Assembly (NCBI GenBank): GCA_016748015.1
Contig: JAAOMT010000327.1
Location: 1-64,000, forward strand
Length of the DNA: 64,000 bases
DNA from: Geosiphon pyriformis uo1
Lineage: Eukaryota > Fungi > Glomeromycota
Reading direction: 5' to 3'
Position 1 is the stretch's first letter. Each line of letters begins with the position of its first letter. Below, piece after piece: positions 61,150-64,000 of the stretch. The position numbers and the translations under genes were made by a program. The notes under the pieces were generated by a model, which worked only from the letters and a program-made list of their open reading frames with translations, had not been told where the DNA came from and searched no databases.

Positions 61150-64000
61150 TGTTGTCTTGACTGGCCCGAGTGGCTGGTTACATGTAGAAAATGCATGATT
61201 CACACTTAGTTTAGACTATTTCTTTGATGTATAGTGCTAGGTTGTGTGTGGACCTCACTCATTAAATAAAAAAAAAAAAAAAAGTTTGTAAACACTTTAA
61301 AATTCTTATCTATAATTTTATAAAAAATATTATTAAGATTTCTAAAAAATTTTTTATTGGTTTTATTACTTTAAACATTTAAGATCTAAAAAATCACAAT
61401 TTATTTCTTACTTTACACAACTATTTTTATTCTGTAATATTACTTATTAAGTATAAAATATGTTAAAAAAAGCTATTTATTTACTACAAAAAAAATTGAT
61501 AAATTTAATTTGAAAAATTTAAATACTTTTTAGCAAATATAACTTAAAGTTTTCTTGAACCAATATGCTAATATTTTTGTCAGTAAAAACAAATTCAGAT
61601 ACACTAATATTATAAAGTATAAGATTAATATTAAAAATACCAGACTTATTAAACTATAAATATATTAAGTTATCTCAAATAAAAACAATTTAATTAAACA
61701 AAAAGTACAGTAAATATTAGACAATAACTTAATAAAAAAATTATTAAGCCTATAATTGTTATCTGTTGTTTTGGTTACAAAAAAAAATAGAAAATTTCAT
61801 TTTTGTATTAATTATTAAAAACTTAATAGTATTATTTAAAGAAATAATTATTCAATTCCTTTAATCTAAGAAATTTGGAAAACAAAAAATAATTTTTTTC
61901 ATTAAATTTAGCCAGCAAATATTAGCAAATCAAAATAAACTTAATTAACAAAAAAACTACTTTTACTATTCAAAATAAATATTTTCGAGTTTAATATAAT
62001 GCTTTTTGGACTTTACAATACTTTTGCTATCTTTTAATGCTTAATAAATATTGTATACAAAAATATTTTCTGAAAATTAATTGTTGTTTACTTAGATAAC
62101 ACCAATGTGTTTTCAAAAACATTTAACAATTATTTACTCTATTTTTAACAAGTTTTTAATCATCTTTAAAACATTAAACTAAAACTTAATCTTGATAAAT
62201 ACTTTTTTAAAAAAACCAAGCTTAAATTTTTGAGACATCAAAAAAGATAAAATAAAACCAAACTTAGACAAAATCCAAAAAATTAAAAATTTTTCTGTTT
62301 CAATTAACTTTTATAAACTACAAAATTTTTTAGAACTTGTTGAATATTACTATTATTTTATAAAAATTTTTTTAATATTGTCAAATTTTTTTATTACTTG
62401 TTCTTAAAACATGTACTGTATATATAAAAAACTAAACAATAAAAAGCCTTTAATTATTTTAAGTGCTAACTTATTGAAGCTTTAATTTTAATATATCTGA
62501 ATTTCAATAAACAGTTTATTATAGTTATAAATATATTAAAAAATGCTTTCAAAGTAGTTTTATCTTAAATTAAACCAAATTATAAAAAAAATTTAATTGT
62601 TTATGTTAACAAAAACACTAATACAGCCAAAAAATATACAATATCACAAACTTAGAATGTTTTACTATTTATTAGGCTATATAGAACTAAAAACATTATT
62701 TTTACTAATTATTTAACTTATATACTAATCATAAAAAACTTGTTTGATTATTTAGCAAACCACAATTCAAAAAAAAATATATAAAATAGAATATTTATTT
62801 GTAATAATTTTTATACAAAGTACATTATAAAAAAGAAGCTAAAAATACCAATACTAACAGCTTGTTAAAAATAACTCAAATCTAATTTTGTATTAATAAA
62901 TACAACTATTTTAATAATTATACCAATATCTGTTAATATTTTAGTTTAAAAAGAAACTATCTTAATAAGAACAAAATTTTATATAAAAACAAGCTTGAAA
63001 TTACTTTATTTACAAAAACCAATTATATTAATAAAAATGCCAAAACCACATTATACTTCAACAAGTTATGAAAAATACCAAAAAATTGTTTTATTTAACA
63101 TGTATTTTGATCTAATAATAGAATACTTTAACAAAAATGCTATCTTAAAAAAAATAATTAATTTAATTTATTGGCCAACAATATATAAAAATATTTTTAA
63201 ATATGTTCTTAATTGTAACTTTTATTAAAAAAAAGAAGAAACCAAAGTAATAAAACCATCTTAATTTATTTTAATTGGAAATTTATTTAATAAAATTAGG
63301 ATTAATTTAGTTAAATATCTTTTAGTTATTACAAAAAAAAATTAATATATTGCAGTAATAGTAAACTATTTTACAAAATAATTAAAAGCCTAAACCAATT
63401 TAGTTGCAAATGCCAAAACAATAGCTAAATTCGTATACCAAAATCTAATCTGCAAACATAAATGCCCAAAAATATTATTATTCGATTAAAAAACTTACTT
63501 TATTAACAATATTTTAATAGAATTAAGTCAATAATTTAAAATAAAATAACTCTTGTTATCTCTATATTATTCTTAAATAAATGGATTAATAGAACAATTT
63601 AACTGAATATTGTGTAAAGCACTAGTAAAAATAAGTTATAAACATATACAAGAATTAGACTTATTTATATTCTTAATATTATTTACATACTAAAATATTG
63701 AAGCAAAATATTATCCAATTTTTATTATTTAAACTAATATATAAAAAAATTACACTGTTTGTTAAATTAGATATTTTTTTTCTTGACAGAAACAATTACT
63801 AAAAAAAACTTTGAAGTTATTTTATATCAAAAAACATGAAATATTAGAAAACAATTATAAAACAGCAGTTGACAATATTAATAATTTTTAGAAATAACAA
63901 AAAAAGAGACATGATAATTGTCTATTGAATTAACCAATTAAATTTAAGATTGGAGACCAAGTATTATTATATTGTATTAAAGTTAAAAAACAGTACAGTA

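Larger units (their letters stand above)
54442..61280 (+). mobile_element. Full-length LINE 2 (6.8 kb)
   Basis: 12-bp TSD AAAGTTTGTAAA (54430-54441; 61281-61292), poly(A) tail, two ORFs. Confidence 0.95.
49543..64000 (+). mobile_element. Heavily decayed LTR retrotransposon copy E (C-like), split into 49543-52735, 54076-54441 and 61281-64000 by a solo LTR and LINE 2
   Basis: MTYRDIAKLKKF gag (49826); protease about 51100-51450; dUTPase about 52490-52735 resuming at 54080; RT VYLDNTNVFSKTF (62090); RNase H; integrase to FKIGDQVLL (63945). Collinear with copy C across both insertions. Confidence 0.88.

Overview
Eukaryotic, almost entirely transposon-derived DNA, most consistent with a repeat-rich fungal genome of Glomeromycota/Mucoromycota type (the taxon is my inference). 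No intact host gene, RNA gene or CRISPR array is visible. The window is a multi-layer nest. It holds five copies of related Ty3/Gypsy-like LTR retrotransposons (A 1-3119 minus; B 3120-10948 minus; C 23551-33791 plus, full length; D ~44230-49542 minus; E ~49543-64000 plus) and a probable solo LTR. It also holds two full-length APE-RT-RNase H LINEs (20641-37778 minus; 54442-61280 plus), one truncated LINE, a decayed pogo/Tigger transposase, a deleted hAT element, two MITEs and a Crinkler-type nuclease pseudogene, all in extremely AT-rich eroded repeat DNA. The most unusual object is the LTR lineage. It has one Gag-PR-(Cys-rich)-dUTPase-RT-RNase H frame that stops after RNase H. The integrase is a separate downstream ORF in another frame in all three copies where the junction is visible, and a further ORF overlaps the integrase stop (ATGA). 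Its 4-bp target sites are centred on CpG, as in Ginger1 transposons, and the end of U5 carries an antisense copy of the short PBS (candidate self-priming hairpin). All comparisons were made by eye; boundaries in decayed regions are approximate.
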